The position numbers and the translations under genes were made by a program. A DNA stretch of 64,000 nucleotides from Candidatus Bathyarchaeia archaeon (GTDB taxonomy: Archaea; Thermoproteota; Bathyarchaeia; Bathyarchaeales; Bathycorpusculaceae). Below, piece by piece: positions 1 through 9,780 of the stretch. The stretch's first letter is position 1; each line of letters starts with the position of its first letter. Location: the NCBI GenBank assembly GCA_049512075.1, contig JBEKXL010000001.1:64001-128000 (forward strand), written 5' to 3'. Below the pieces are notes generated by a model that searched no databases, was not told where the DNA came from, and saw only the letters and a list, made by a program, of their open reading frames with translations.

Positions 1-199
1 GGAACCTGTCCTGAAGATTCGTTTGCAAGCCAGCCTCGCGGGGGTAAGGGGTTATGTAAGGAGCTGCCAAGGCCAGAAATATGGCGGCTACAATTACAAC
101 CAGCCCTACTAGAGACAATGGGCTCCTGGAGAATCTGAACCATTTTCTCTTAAGATCGTACCTTTTGGCTATTATCCTGATGCGTTCCACTATTTGCAC
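1..199 (-). CDS. dppC: Peptide ABC transporter permease DppC/OppC, N-terminal part (runs off window)
   Basis: Manual translation from GTG at 199 (overlaps the dppB TAG): MQIVERIRIIAKRYDLKRKWFRFSRSPLSLVGLVVIVAAIFLALAAPYITPYP, a typical OppC N-terminus; follows dppB. Confidence 0.8.
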   Translation of the reverse strand, partial: MQIVERIRIIAKRYDLKRKWFRFSRSPLSLVGLVVIVAAIFLALAAPYITPYPREAGLQTNLQDRF

Positions 200-1224
200 T
201 ATTGGCCTCTCTCCATGAGCCTTATTCTCGGATCCAGATATGCGACGATAACGTCGACAACTATGTTTGCAACAGCGTACATGATCCCTATAATCAAAAC
301 AAGCGCGACTATGCCATTGAGATCTTTGTTTAACATAAACGTGAGACCAAGGTTGGCGAAGCCTGGCCAGTTAAAAACCTGTTCCACAAGAAAAGCGTTG
401 GCCATCAGCGCTGCTATGTCCAATCCCATAACCGTTACTGCCGGAATCAGGGACGGTTTAAGCAGGTATTTAAGTGTCACAGTTCTGTCAGGCAAGCCTT
501 GAGATTTTGCCATCGATATGTAGTCCTTATCTTTGTTTTCAACCATTCCAGATCTTATTATTCTGGCATCTTGGCACATAGCACCCATGCATAATGCCAA
601 GGCTGGCAAGACCATGTGCCACAAAGCGTTTGCGAGCACGTCAAACTTTCCAGCGATAAGGGAGTCAACCGTGACGGATCCAGTTATTGCGGGCGGACCA
701 GCGATTCCGGCAGAAAGCTCTCCAGTGGTCGGAAATAGTTTGAAGTACCAAGAGAACACAAGCTGAAGTATTATGGCCAAAACAAAGGCTGGAATCGATA
801 TGCCAATGTAGGAAACCACTCTAACCAAGTTATCAGGTGCCTTGTAGGAATATCTGCCGGCTATAATGCCTAGTATAAAGGACCCAGCTATTTGAAACAT
901 GGCTGCTAGGACAATCAGTTCGAGGCTCGCTGGAAGATACTGTATCACATCAGCAGTTATGTCGCGTTTGGTTGTAAGCGAATAGCCCAAGTCGCCATGT
1001 AGAACGTTGTCTAGCCATACAAAATACTGTGTGTACAAAGGCTTGTCCAATCCTAACTGTCTTCTGAGCTGATCTACGGCCCATTGGGGTGCATTGTTTC
1101 CCGCCGCGGCTCGCGCAGGGTCTCCCGGTAACACTCGGGCCAGGACGAAAACTAGTATTGACAGTCCGACCAAAGAGAAAACGATAAGACCCGTTCTTCT
1201 GAGTATGAATGTCGAAAGCCTCAT
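199..1224 (-). CDS. dppB: Peptide ABC transporter permease DppB/OppB
   Basis: PGDPA, LGLDKPLYTQY, GDLGYS, EAA-like loop (YISMAKSQGL), VEQVFNWPG, YLDPRIR; ATG at 1224. Confidence 0.92.
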   Translation of the reverse strand: MRLSTFILRRTGLIVFSLVGLSILVFVLARVLPGDPARAAAGNNAPQWAVDQLRRQLGLDKPLYTQYFVWLDNVLHGDLGYSLTTKRDITADVIQYLPASLELIVLAAMFQIAGSFILGIIAGRYSYKAPDNLVRVVSYIGISIPAFVLAIILQLVFSWYFKLFPTTGELSAGIAGPPAITGSVTVDSLIAGKFDVLANALWHMVLPALALCMGAMCQDARIIRSGMVENKDKDYISMAKSQGLPDRTVTLKYLLKPSLIPAVTVMGLDIAALMANAFLVEQVFNWPGFANLGLTFMLNKDLNGIVALVLIIGIMYAVANIVVDVIVAYLDPRIRLMERGQ

Positions 1225-1493
1225 TGTCTGTCGGCACACCTCGCTGTTAATACATGCTGCAAAAGACTTTAAAAAGGCTTATTGTATCGGATGAAACTTT
1301 CATTTATCTAACTCCGCGACTTTCATCCCCCTGAACATGCATGGATTGCAAAATCCTTTGCACAGAACCATAGACTGATGATTCTGCTGATGATTCTTTT
1401 CTGTGATACCAGTAGCGCAAGGAGAACAAGCTTTTAATAGTACATAGGAAAAAACAGTGTGAAAGAGTAAACATAAAACCGGAGGAAAAAAGT

Positions 1494-3224
1494 TTGAAGA
1501 TTTTCTTTGAAAGATCTGCAATTACAAAGATGCAAGCTGCAATCGTAGCAATCATCGTAATCGTTGCCGCTGTTATTGGCGCAGTCTACTACGTAACGCT
1601 TCCCGGCCCGAGCCCGTCGCCTTCCGCGTCGACTTCCCCATCCCCCTCGGCTTCCGCAAACGTCACTACCACAAGACTAGTGAGAAGAGGAGAATCATTT
1701 CCCTGTTACATTGACCCAGCGGTTGGTGCAGACTTCTGTAGCCAAGATGGCCAAACCAATCTTTACGACCCTCTTGTGTGGCCAGTTCCAGGAGGAGGCG
1801 TTATCCCGTGGATCGCTACCAGTTGGGCTGTCAGCACTGACAATCTGAATTACACGTTCACCATTAGGCAAGGCGTAACATTTCACGACGGCGGAACCTT
1901 GACGGCGAATGATGTCGCGTTCAGCATGCAAAGACTACTAACGGTAGGTCAAGGCTATTCGTGGATTTACACGGATTACATAAGCAACGTCACAGGCATT
2001 ACTGTGATCGATACGAACACGGTAATGTTCCATCTCAACAAGCCAGAAGGAGCTTTCCTCGATTCACTCGTTAGGCTGTACATAGTTGAAAAGGCAACTG
2101 TATTGGCAAACATCGTTACTCCTGGAACGTACGGCACTCTTGGAGATTATGGCACAACTTGGCTAGCAACACACGACGCAGGCTCTGGACCCTACAAGCT
2201 CAAAGCAATAAGCGTGAGTTCATACGTTTACATGACGCAGTTTTCTGGTTACTGGAACCCGCAAAGCGTTGACCCTCTAGCTCCTACCGAGGTAGATTTG
2301 GTGGCCACGGCGGCAAGTTCTGCAACAGAAAAGACTCTGATGCTGAACAAGCAGTTAGAAGTATCAGATGAGTGGCAGGGTGACTCATTCTTGACGCCAT
2401 TGAACACAACAGGCTATATCACGGCAGAGTCTCACGCAGATGCGGGCGAATACTACTACATGATGAACACTCAGAAAAAACCAACAGACGACGTCTACGT
2501 CAGGAAAGCTCTCGCGTACGCCTTTGACTATGTGACAACGATGACCATGATATATTCAAGGTTCCAACAGTCAGCATCATGTCTACCTATGGCCTTGCCA
2601 GGAGCTGTAAACGTCACCCCATATTATTACAACTTGACCCTAGCTGGAGAGATGCTTAAGCAATCTAAGTACTATCCGGACATCATCAATAACCCGCAAA
2701 ACTATCCGATTACGTTCCAGGTGATGAATGAGGTCCCAGAGAGAATGAGTGACGCATTGCACTTCGCTGAGACAGCCGCCATAATCGGGTTGAACGTCCA
2801 AGTAACCAGCATTCCTTGGGGTGAAATGGTTGGGGAAGTGGGTAATTACACCACAAGTCCCAACCTCCTGCCAATCGTTGTTGACCCTCTGTTCCTTGAC
2901 GCAGGCTCAATGCTCGCAGAGAGATATTCTATAGCATCTCAAGGATCGTTCGATAATTGTGTTTGGCTGAATAATGCGACGCTGGACGCAGAGATAGCGA
3001 ATGCTCAGGGAACCAACGACACAAGTTCAAGGCGCGTACAATACGGACACATTCAACAAGAAATAATGAATATATGCCCTGACATATGGGTCTATGACTT
3101 CAAGGTTGCAGAGGCAGTCCAAACCTACGTTTGGATACCACAAATGCATAACGCATCTTCGGTCATCGGCATCCAAGGCTACAACTGCAATTTCAAAACT
3201 TGGCAAGTCAGCCCCGCTACCTGA
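1494..3224 (+). CDS. dppA: Peptide ABC transporter substrate-binding protein (family 5)
   Basis: N-terminal TM helix, Pro/Ser linker, family-5 signature (IATSWAVS...YTFTIRQGVTFHDG...TANDVAFS), GSGPYKL, VRKALAYAFD. Confidence 0.9.
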   Translation: MKIFFERSAITKMQAAIVAIIVIVAAVIGAVYYVTLPGPSPSPSASTSPSPSASANVTTTRLVRRGESFPCYIDPAVGADFCSQDGQTNLYDPLVWPVPGGGVIPWIATSWAVSTDNLNYTFTIRQGVTFHDGGTLTANDVAFSMQRLLTVGQGYSWIYTDYISNVTGITVIDTNTVMFHLNKPEGAFLDSLVRLYIVEKATVLANIVTPGTYGTLGDYGTTWLATHDAGSGPYKLKAISVSSYVYMTQFSGYWNPQSVDPLAPTEVDLVATAASSATEKTLMLNKQLEVSDEWQGDSFLTPLNTTGYITAESHADAGEYYYMMNTQKKPTDDVYVRKALAYAFDYVTTMTMIYSRFQQSASCLPMALPGAVNVTPYYYNLTLAGEMLKQSKYYPDIINNPQNYPITFQVMNEVPERMSDALHFAETAAIIGLNVQVTSIPWGEMVGEVGNYTTSPNLLPIVVDPLFLDAGSMLAERYSIASQGSFDNCVWLNNATLDAEIANAQGTNDTSSRRVQYGHIQQEIMNICPDIWVYDFKVAEAVQTYVWIPQMHNASSVIGIQGYNCNFKTWQVSPAT

Positions 3225-3244
3225 TACGCCCGAAACAACTCCCT

Positions 3245-3255
3245 TCCTTTTTTTG
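3245..3255 (+). terminator. Oligo-T tract, candidate archaeal terminator of the binding-protein gene
   Basis: Run of T about 20 nt after the stop at 3224. Confidence 0.4.
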
Positions 3256-3385
3256 TAAAACAGCTTCATTCCTACTCTGCACACGTTATGAAATTGTATC
3301 CGCAGGCTTTCCGTCTTGCAAACGCAGAGAAATTTCAAAACACTTTTATTTCAAACAAATCTGTTTAAGATTCGAGGGAGAAACC

Positions 3386-4678
3386 ATAGATTTTTCTTTT
3401 CCTAGAGGCGACATTAGAGTCGTGCTTTATGTCCTGCTTTCTTCACTGGCTGCAAGAATCCTCCTATTTCCGGTACAGGGGTGTCTAGGCGACCTAGCAG
3501 CATTTGCATCGTGGTTCAACGCGGCTGCGGCACACGGACCACTCGTCTTCTATCAAGTTGTATACTGTGATTATCCCCCCTTCAACGTCTACATTTTTTG
3601 GCTTTTCGGCTCTTTCGCCAAACTGTTTTCGGTTTCTGCCTCACCAGCCCTAGTCTACATATTGAAGCTGCCTTCAACCCTTTTTGACACTGCAACAGCA
3701 GGTTTGATATTCGTCTTTCTTAGAAAAAGACTCAGCTTTAACTCCTCACTCTTGGCGACTTCCTTCTATGCGTTCAATCCTGCAATAATCTTCAACGGGT
3801 CAATCTGGGGGCAGTTCGACGCGATATACACGTTTTTTCTTGTAGCCTCACTCATACTCATTATCGACTCAAAACCAACGCTGTCAGCAGCGGCCTTCAC
3901 TGCCGCAGTACTGACCAAGCCGCAAAGTATCGCCTTGGCACCCTTGATAGTCTTTCTGTTAATAAAAAAGAAAAGCTGGAAGACTGTGGCGGCTTCTGTT
4001 GTTACATCAATAGCACTGATTTTCATGGTCTCGGTTCCCGTGAGCCTGAATAACCCAGCGAATTTCCTCGTGAGCATCTACCTTAAGGGCTACACGAGCT
4101 ATAGCGTCACTTCGGCGAACGCTTTCAACCTCTGGGCATTAGTCGGCCTTTGGAAGCCAGACGCCCAGACCTTTCTGTCGTTGGATCTTTTCAAGATAGG
4201 CTGGATCATGTTCGGTGCGCTGACGGTTTTTTCCTTGTTTTGCTTGTACAAGGCGTCTCACCGCGTGGAGAGGATTGGTCATACTTTTGAAGTCTCGGTG
4301 CTCTTCACTGCTTTTGTCCTCTTGTTCGGCTTCTTCATGCTTCCAACCAGGATTCATGAAAGATATTTATTCCCAGTCTTCAGCGTCCTAGCAATGATGC
4401 TACCCTTCGTAAAAGAGGCGAGACCACTCTACGGGATTTTGACTTTCACCTATTTTGCCAATTTGGCATATGTTCTTCCATTCCTCAATGCAGGCAACAG
4501 CCGCATACCTGACGGGGATCCTTTCATCTATGCCATAACTGCGATTAATCTGGCCGCTTTTGTTTACACGCTAACAGTAATCATCAGGAAGCCAAAGATA
4601 GTGAGCCCTCCGATTTCTAGCCAGGCATTCGAGAACGCAAAGCAATCAGTTGCGGGAGAATGTGGACCGCGATGCTGA
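3386..4678 (+). CDS. GT-C fold polyprenol-phosphate-sugar glycosyltransferase (mannosyltransferase-like)
   Basis: Multi-TM with DYPP, LKLPS, FNPA...WGQFD, TKPQ, NAFNLW, HERYLFP motifs. Start uncertain: ATA at 3386 after GAGGGAG, or GTG at 3422; the TTG at 3200 overlaps the upstream gene. Confidence 0.8.
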   Translation: MDFSFPRGDIRVVLYVLLSSLAARILLFPVQGCLGDLAAFASWFNAAAAHGPLVFYQVVYCDYPPFNVYIFWLFGSFAKLFSVSASPALVYILKLPSTLFDTATAGLIFVFLRKRLSFNSSLLATSFYAFNPAIIFNGSIWGQFDAIYTFFLVASLILIIDSKPTLSAAAFTAAVLTKPQSIALAPLIVFLLIKKKSWKTVAASVVTSIALIFMVSVPVSLNNPANFLVSIYLKGYTSYSVTSANAFNLWALVGLWKPDAQTFLSLDLFKIGWIMFGALTVFSLFCLYKASHRVERIGHTFEVSVLFTAFVLLFGFFMLPTRIHERYLFPVFSVLAMMLPFVKEARPLYGILTFTYFANLAYVLPFLNAGNSRIPDGDPFIYAITAINLAAFVYTLTVIIRKPKIVSPPISSQAFENAKQSVAGECGPRC

Positions 4679-6336
4679 TTGCCAAGCGCGACGTGGTCAC
4701 AATCGTCATGCTGACTCTTGCCTTCCTTGTGATAGCGACATGGGCTCTAGGTATGAATAATGTCCCAACCAGCACTTGGCAGTCTTACGGCATAGAAACC
4801 TTCTACGTCGATTTGGGAGAGGTGAAGAATGTGAGTTCGATATACCTCTTGCTAAAGCAGGGAAGCGTCAGCTTCGCGGTCTACACTGGCCAACCAGGAA
4901 ACTGGAAACTGAGGGCACAAACTTCGATGGAAAATTACTACTACCAGTGGGGACAGGTTCGCTTAGACGAGGAAACCCAATTCATAAGGTTCGCTTTCCA
5001 ACCTTCGGACGGCGAGATTGCAGAAATATCAGCCCTGGATGGAAACAACCAAAAAATCACTATCAAAGCGATACAGGGTGAAAACACTGACGACCTAGGA
5101 TTGGCAAAACTCATAGATGAGCAGGATAAGGTTGAATGCCCCCCGACGTATCAATCGGAAACCTTTTTCGACGAGATCTATTACGTGAGAACTGCTGAGG
5201 ACTACCTCAACTTCAGAGAACCCTATGAGTGGACGCAGCCTCCTCTTGGGAAGTTGATACTTGCGGCCGGTATCTCTTTCTTCGGCTACAGCCCTTTTGG
5301 CTGGCGGATCACGGGAGTCCTGTTCGCTGCGCTGATGATACCCATAATGTATATGCTTGGCAAGAAGATGTTTGGAACATGGATCGGCGCGTTCGCTCCG
5401 GCCTTTCTTCTTCTGTTTGACTTCATGCACTTCACTATGGCAAGAATCGCTACGATTGATACTTACCTGGTTTTCTTTTCACTGTTGTCGCAGCTTTTCT
5501 TCTTCATCTACGTCAAGAACGTGCTCAGCCAGGGATGGAAAACGTCAGTTTGGCCCCTCCTACTGTCAACCATCTTCTTCGCGCTCGCATTCTCAACAAA
5601 GTGGTACGCTTTGCCCGGGTTCTTGGGTCAAATGTTTATCCTCCTTTTTCTCAGACTTCGCGAACTCCCTGGGTCTAGAGGATTTGTTCAGAAAACTAGA
5701 GCCTTCTTCGGCCGCCCCTTTTTCATCTGCTTAGGCTTCTTGGCGATTGGAGTGATGGTATACGTACTCACCTACGTACCTTACATGATGGTCGGGCACA
5801 CGCTAGCGGACGTCTATCGAATGCAATGGTCTATGTACGATTATCACACGCAGCTTACGGCTACGCATCCATTTTCTTCTCCATGGTGGAGTTGGCCTTT
5901 GATAACAAGACCCGTCTGGCTCTACGTCGCAAACCTGCCTAGTGGCAACGTTTCAACGATTGCGGCGATGGGTAACCCGGCCGTGTGGTGGATCGGTTTT
6001 ACTTCAGTTATTTTGGCTGCTTGGGAAGGGCTTCGAACAAAAAACTATCTTTGCCTATTTGTTGTTACCATATTCCTCTTCCAGTGGATACCGTACGCCT
6101 TTATCTCCAGAGTTCTTTTCCTCTATGCCTTTTACTCCAACGTTCCCATCATGATTTTGGGGACTACTTATTTCATCAACAAGTCCTGGCGCACCCGACA
6201 GGGGAAGGTTTTCGTGCTGACTTATCTGATTGTCGTGGCAACTCTGTTTGCGATTTTCTACCCTGTCATTTCCGGAGTGCCAGCGCCAGATTACTGGAGA
6301 GAGGGGCTTAAGTGGTTGAGAAGCTGGGTGTTTTAA
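4672..6336 (+). CDS. Dolichyl-phosphate-mannose:protein O-mannosyltransferase-like (PMT/GT39)
   Basis: FFDEIYY (PMT DE motif), QPPLGK, PFGWR, RIATID, STKW, HPFSSPWWSWP, GNPAVWW. Confidence 0.85.
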   Translation: MLIAKRDVVTIVMLTLAFLVIATWALGMNNVPTSTWQSYGIETFYVDLGEVKNVSSIYLLLKQGSVSFAVYTGQPGNWKLRAQTSMENYYYQWGQVRLDEETQFIRFAFQPSDGEIAEISALDGNNQKITIKAIQGENTDDLGLAKLIDEQDKVECPPTYQSETFFDEIYYVRTAEDYLNFREPYEWTQPPLGKLILAAGISFFGYSPFGWRITGVLFAALMIPIMYMLGKKMFGTWIGAFAPAFLLLFDFMHFTMARIATIDTYLVFFSLLSQLFFFIYVKNVLSQGWKTSVWPLLLSTIFFALAFSTKWYALPGFLGQMFILLFLRLRELPGSRGFVQKTRAFFGRPFFICLGFLAIGVMVYVLTYVPYMMVGHTLADVYRMQWSMYDYHTQLTATHPFSSPWWSWPLITRPVWLYVANLPSGNVSTIAAMGNPAVWWIGFTSVILAAWEGLRTKNYLCLFVVTIFLFQWIPYAFISRVLFLYAFYSNVPIMILGTTYFINKSWRTRQGKVFVLTYLIVVATLFAIFYPVISGVPAPDYWREGLKWLRSWVF

Positions 6337-6339
6337 GAG

Positions 6340-7077
6340 ATGAAAACAAAGATGGAAGACAAAATCGAAGTTGAAGTCACATTAGTTTTCCCCGCTTACA
6401 ACGAGAGAAAAAACCTAAAGAATGCCGTTAGAAAAACAACTCGAGCTCTGGAAGAGATCACTAACTCGTATGAGATAATAATTGCCGAAGATGGAAGCAC
6501 TGACGGAACCGACAGAATCGCAGGCAGGCTTTCAAGTGAATACCAGTTCATAAGACACATTCACAGGGACAAGCGCCTGGGAAGAGGGCTGGCACTGAAG
6601 AACGCTTTTGCCGAATCTAACGGGAGAATCCTAGTTTACATGGATGTAGACTTGGCAACCAGCATTGAGCATTTGAGTGCACTAATAGAATCTGTCAGGG
6701 GCGGCTACGACTTTGCGACGGGTTCAAGGATGCTTCCTGAAAGCAAAGTGAAAAGAAGTCTGTCTAGGCAGGTTGCTTCGAAGTCTTACAACTCCTTGGT
6801 GAGATTGTTTCTGGGTTCTGGAATTTCAGATCACCAGTGCGGGTTCAAGGCGGCTAGAAGAGAGGCACTTCTAGAAATACTCGACGAGGTTAAAGCGACA
6901 CACTGGTTCTGGGATACTGAACTTCTAGTAAGGGCCTCGCGCAGAGGTTACAGAGTGAAAGAGATCCCCGTCGAGTGGACCCACGAGGGTGGGACGAAAG
7001 TAAGACTAATAAAAGACACCGTCCAGATGTGGGGCCAAGTGCTTAACCTCTGGTGGCAGCTGAGGAGTAGACAATAG
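6340..7077 (+). CDS. GT2 dolichol-phosphate hexosyltransferase (Dol-P-Man/Dol-P-Glc synthase)
   Basis: PAYNE, EDGSTDGT, YMDVD (DxD), GSR, DHQCGFKA, WFWDTELL, EIPVEW. Confidence 0.9.
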   Translation: MKTKMEDKIEVEVTLVFPAYNERKNLKNAVRKTTRALEEITNSYEIIIAEDGSTDGTDRIAGRLSSEYQFIRHIHRDKRLGRGLALKNAFAESNGRILVYMDVDLATSIEHLSALIESVRGGYDFATGSRMLPESKVKRSLSRQVASKSYNSLVRLFLGSGISDHQCGFKAARREALLEILDEVKATHWFWDTELLVRASRRGYRVKEIPVEWTHEGGTKVRLIKDTVQMWGQVLNLWWQLRSRQ

Positions 7078-7218
7078 CAAAGGCCGTTTGATTCCGTGAG
7101 TTGTAAGGCGTGTAACCTCCTATTTTTGTGATAAGTTCTACAGAAGTATCATGCGGTGGCGGAAGCTTCTCTTCCAGGATTCTGAATACTCTTGATAGGC
7201 AAAGCCTATGAACCTTGG

Positions 7219-8412
7219 TTATGAGCCGGTTTCTTTTAGCATCAAGCCGCAGACTGCTTCGACACCAGTAAAGATAGTGCACATGATGATGACTGGCGTG
7301 AAGGATCCCGTCGCCACGGACAAATAGCCCCCCAACCAAGGAGCTATCATGGCTCCTGCGTATCCTCCAACGAGTGTTAATCCGCCGGCCGTCGCCGAGT
7401 ATGACGCGCCCATGAGTTCAACCGGCATCGCCAGGATTATAGGCGCCATGCTTCCGATGAGAAATCCATAGACAATCGCTGAAATCCAAAGTGGAAGGCC
7501 TACGGTCGTTCCGGTGAAATACAAAGCGACTGCGGCAAGGATGGACGTTCCCCATATGAAGGGTTTCCTTATGCCAATGCGTGCAGATACCAGGGGTACG
7601 ATGAAACTGCCTGGAATCATAAACAACGTAATCATCGATGTTACCAGCCCCGCGGTGGTCAAATCCATTCCTTTCTGTGTTAGTATTGTTTGGAGAAATC
7701 CGAACAAGCCAATTTGGGGTGCGAGAAGAAATAGGCATGTAATCATTACCATCCACATTTGCTTGCTTCTAAGCACGACTGAAAGAGATTTCTTGAAAGG
7801 AACCCCCTGCCCCTCGCCAGAAGGCACATTCTTATCTGTCTTCAAGACAGGTCTTTCTCTTGCTAGCGATATCCACACCAGAGTCATCGCCAAAGCAAGA
7901 ATGCCAACTGTGATGAAAACGCCTTGAGAAGATCCAGTGAGGGGCAGCAGCACGGCTGGAGTCAGTATGAACGAGGATGCCATGCCGACCTCCATACCCG
8001 TGAACATGACCCCGCTGGCCAATGCGTATTGTTTGTACGGGAACCATAAACCTGTTACCTTGGGCATGTTGGGGTAGGCAACAGCGTAGCCTGCTCCGCA
8101 CAAGAACATTGTGGTAGCTAGCATAGGGAAATTCGTTGCAAACCCCCTCAAAAGCCCAAAGACACCCATGATTAGTCCTCCTACTAGGACTGTTCGCCTA
8201 ACGCCGAATCGGTCTGCAAAAAGGCCTCCTGGAATGCAGAGTATTACCAAGGCTAATGGGACTAGCGCTACCAGAAACCCGAATTCTGCATAGGTTATGC
8301 CTAGCTTTGCCTCCATTGGCGTCACGCAGAACCAGGACAATCCGAGAGAGAACATCATCAGCCACGTTACGGCAACCATGACCCAACGATAGGACGAAGC
8401 TTCTTCATTCAC
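7219..8412 (-). CDS. MFS transporter (CynX/NimT-like)
   Basis: About 12 TM segments, motif A GLFADRFGVRR; likely GTG start at 8412 after GGAGG. Confidence 0.85.
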   Translation of the reverse strand: MNEEASSYRWVMVAVTWLMMFSLGLSWFCVTPMEAKLGITYAEFGFLVALVPLALVILCIPGGLFADRFGVRRTVLVGGLIMGVFGLLRGFATNFPMLATTMFLCGAGYAVAYPNMPKVTGLWFPYKQYALASGVMFTGMEVGMASSFILTPAVLLPLTGSSQGVFITVGILALAMTLVWISLARERPVLKTDKNVPSGEGQGVPFKKSLSVVLRSKQMWMVMITCLFLLAPQIGLFGFLQTILTQKGMDLTTAGLVTSMITLFMIPGSFIVPLVSARIGIRKPFIWGTSILAAVALYFTGTTVGLPLWISAIVYGFLIGSMAPIILAMPVELMGASYSATAGGLTLVGGYAGAMIAPWLGGYLSVATGSFTPVIIMCTIFTGVEAVCGLMLKETGS

Positions 8413-8665
8413 GTTGTAGCCTCCTGTATGCATCATCATGCGTGTCCCATAATAGTTTTTGCTTTGATACATTATTTCGTCTCACGCTGAACATTAGAGC
8501 AGACATTGCACATAAGCTGTCTTTTTGAAACATGGCTCTACACAAGGCGCAAACCTGATAAATCTCTGCAGAGTCCTGCAGTGATCGCTGTACATACGCT
8601 TCGCAATTCCTTTATATAGGGAGAACCCACGAAAATAGTTCAAAGAATTCGCTGGGTTGTTGCGT

Positions 8666-9613
8666 ATGGTTAAGTTTGGCATACATTTGCCCCAGATAGG
8701 TGTCGATTATGGCACCTTCAAAAATGTCGCTTTGACGTGTGAACGTGTCGGGTTTCAAACTGTTTGGGTGACCGATCATCTCCTGCCTATCGAAGGCTCC
8801 GCGCAAGAGTCTTATTTTGAGTGTTGGACAACTCTTTCGGCGTTGGCAGAAGCAACCAACACTGTGAGGATTGGCACCATGGTTCTCTGCAACCTGTATC
8901 GGTATCCTCCGATTTTGGCCAAAATGGCTTCGACCTTGGACGTGATAAGCCATGGCAGGCTTGATTTCGGTTTAGGAGCGGGCTGGTTCAAACCTGAGTC
9001 CGACGCCTTTGGCGTGCCATTTCCAAAAGCTTCTGTCCGGATAGAGATGCTCAATGAAGCCTTGGAAGTGCTTGAAAAGATGTGGACAGAGAACAAACCA
9101 GTGTTCAAGGGCAAGTACTACGGCATAAACGAGGCGTTGTGTAACCCAAAGCCAGTCCAGAAGCCTCATCCGCCAATCTGGATAGGCACGCAAACAGGAG
9201 GCAAACTCATGTACCGGACCGTCGCGAAACACGCTGACGGATGGGCTGTCGGAGCGTGGTATTTGCCGTCAGTCGATGAGTACAAACAGATGGCGAACCA
9301 AGTTAAACTCTACTTTTCAGAGGTCGGCAGAGATTTTGGACGTTTAGAGAAGGGTTTGGGAGTGGTGTGCATCTTAGCTGAGAACAAAACGGTTCTTGAT
9401 GAAAAGATCAAGAAGTATAGACCTGCGGAAAGCCCCCTCGATGAGTACGGTGCAACGAAAATGCAAATACGCGGAACACCAGACGTTTGCGTAGATATCT
9501 TAAAAACGTACGTCGATGCAGGGATAGATCATTTCATGATGGTATTTCCAGACGGAACAGACCTTAAAACGATACGGCTCTTTGGGGAACAAGTCATACC
9601 ATTTGTCAAATAG
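8666..9613 (+). CDS. LLM-class flavin/F420-dependent oxidoreductase
   Basis: GFQTVWVTDH, ECWTTLSALA, RYPPILAKMASTLDVISHGR, GLGAGW, PKPVQKPHPPIWIG. Confidence 0.9.
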   Translation: MVKFGIHLPQIGVDYGTFKNVALTCERVGFQTVWVTDHLLPIEGSAQESYFECWTTLSALAEATNTVRIGTMVLCNLYRYPPILAKMASTLDVISHGRLDFGLGAGWFKPESDAFGVPFPKASVRIEMLNEALEVLEKMWTENKPVFKGKYYGINEALCNPKPVQKPHPPIWIGTQTGGKLMYRTVAKHADGWAVGAWYLPSVDEYKQMANQVKLYFSEVGRDFGRLEKGLGVVCILAENKTVLDEKIKKYRPAESPLDEYGATKMQIRGTPDVCVDILKTYVDAGIDHFMMVFPDGTDLKTIRLFGEQVIPFVK

Positions 9614-9780
9614 CCTGCGTTAGATTCAAGCTTTGATCAGAAAGAGCGTACTCTAAAGTCATAAGTCAAGATTTGCTTTGCGCCGAGAGGCAGGTAAGTA
9701 GTTTGGAAAAGTACACAGAAAGAAAAAGGGTGGAAAGGATTCTTGAATTTTGGCAATCTCTTTTTTGAGCCATTGGCTGT

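Noticed and set aside
4660-4678. GT-C and PMT genes as one frameshifted fusion
   Set aside because: The ATGCTGA start/stop overlap and an upstream GGGAG look like ordinary translational coupling.
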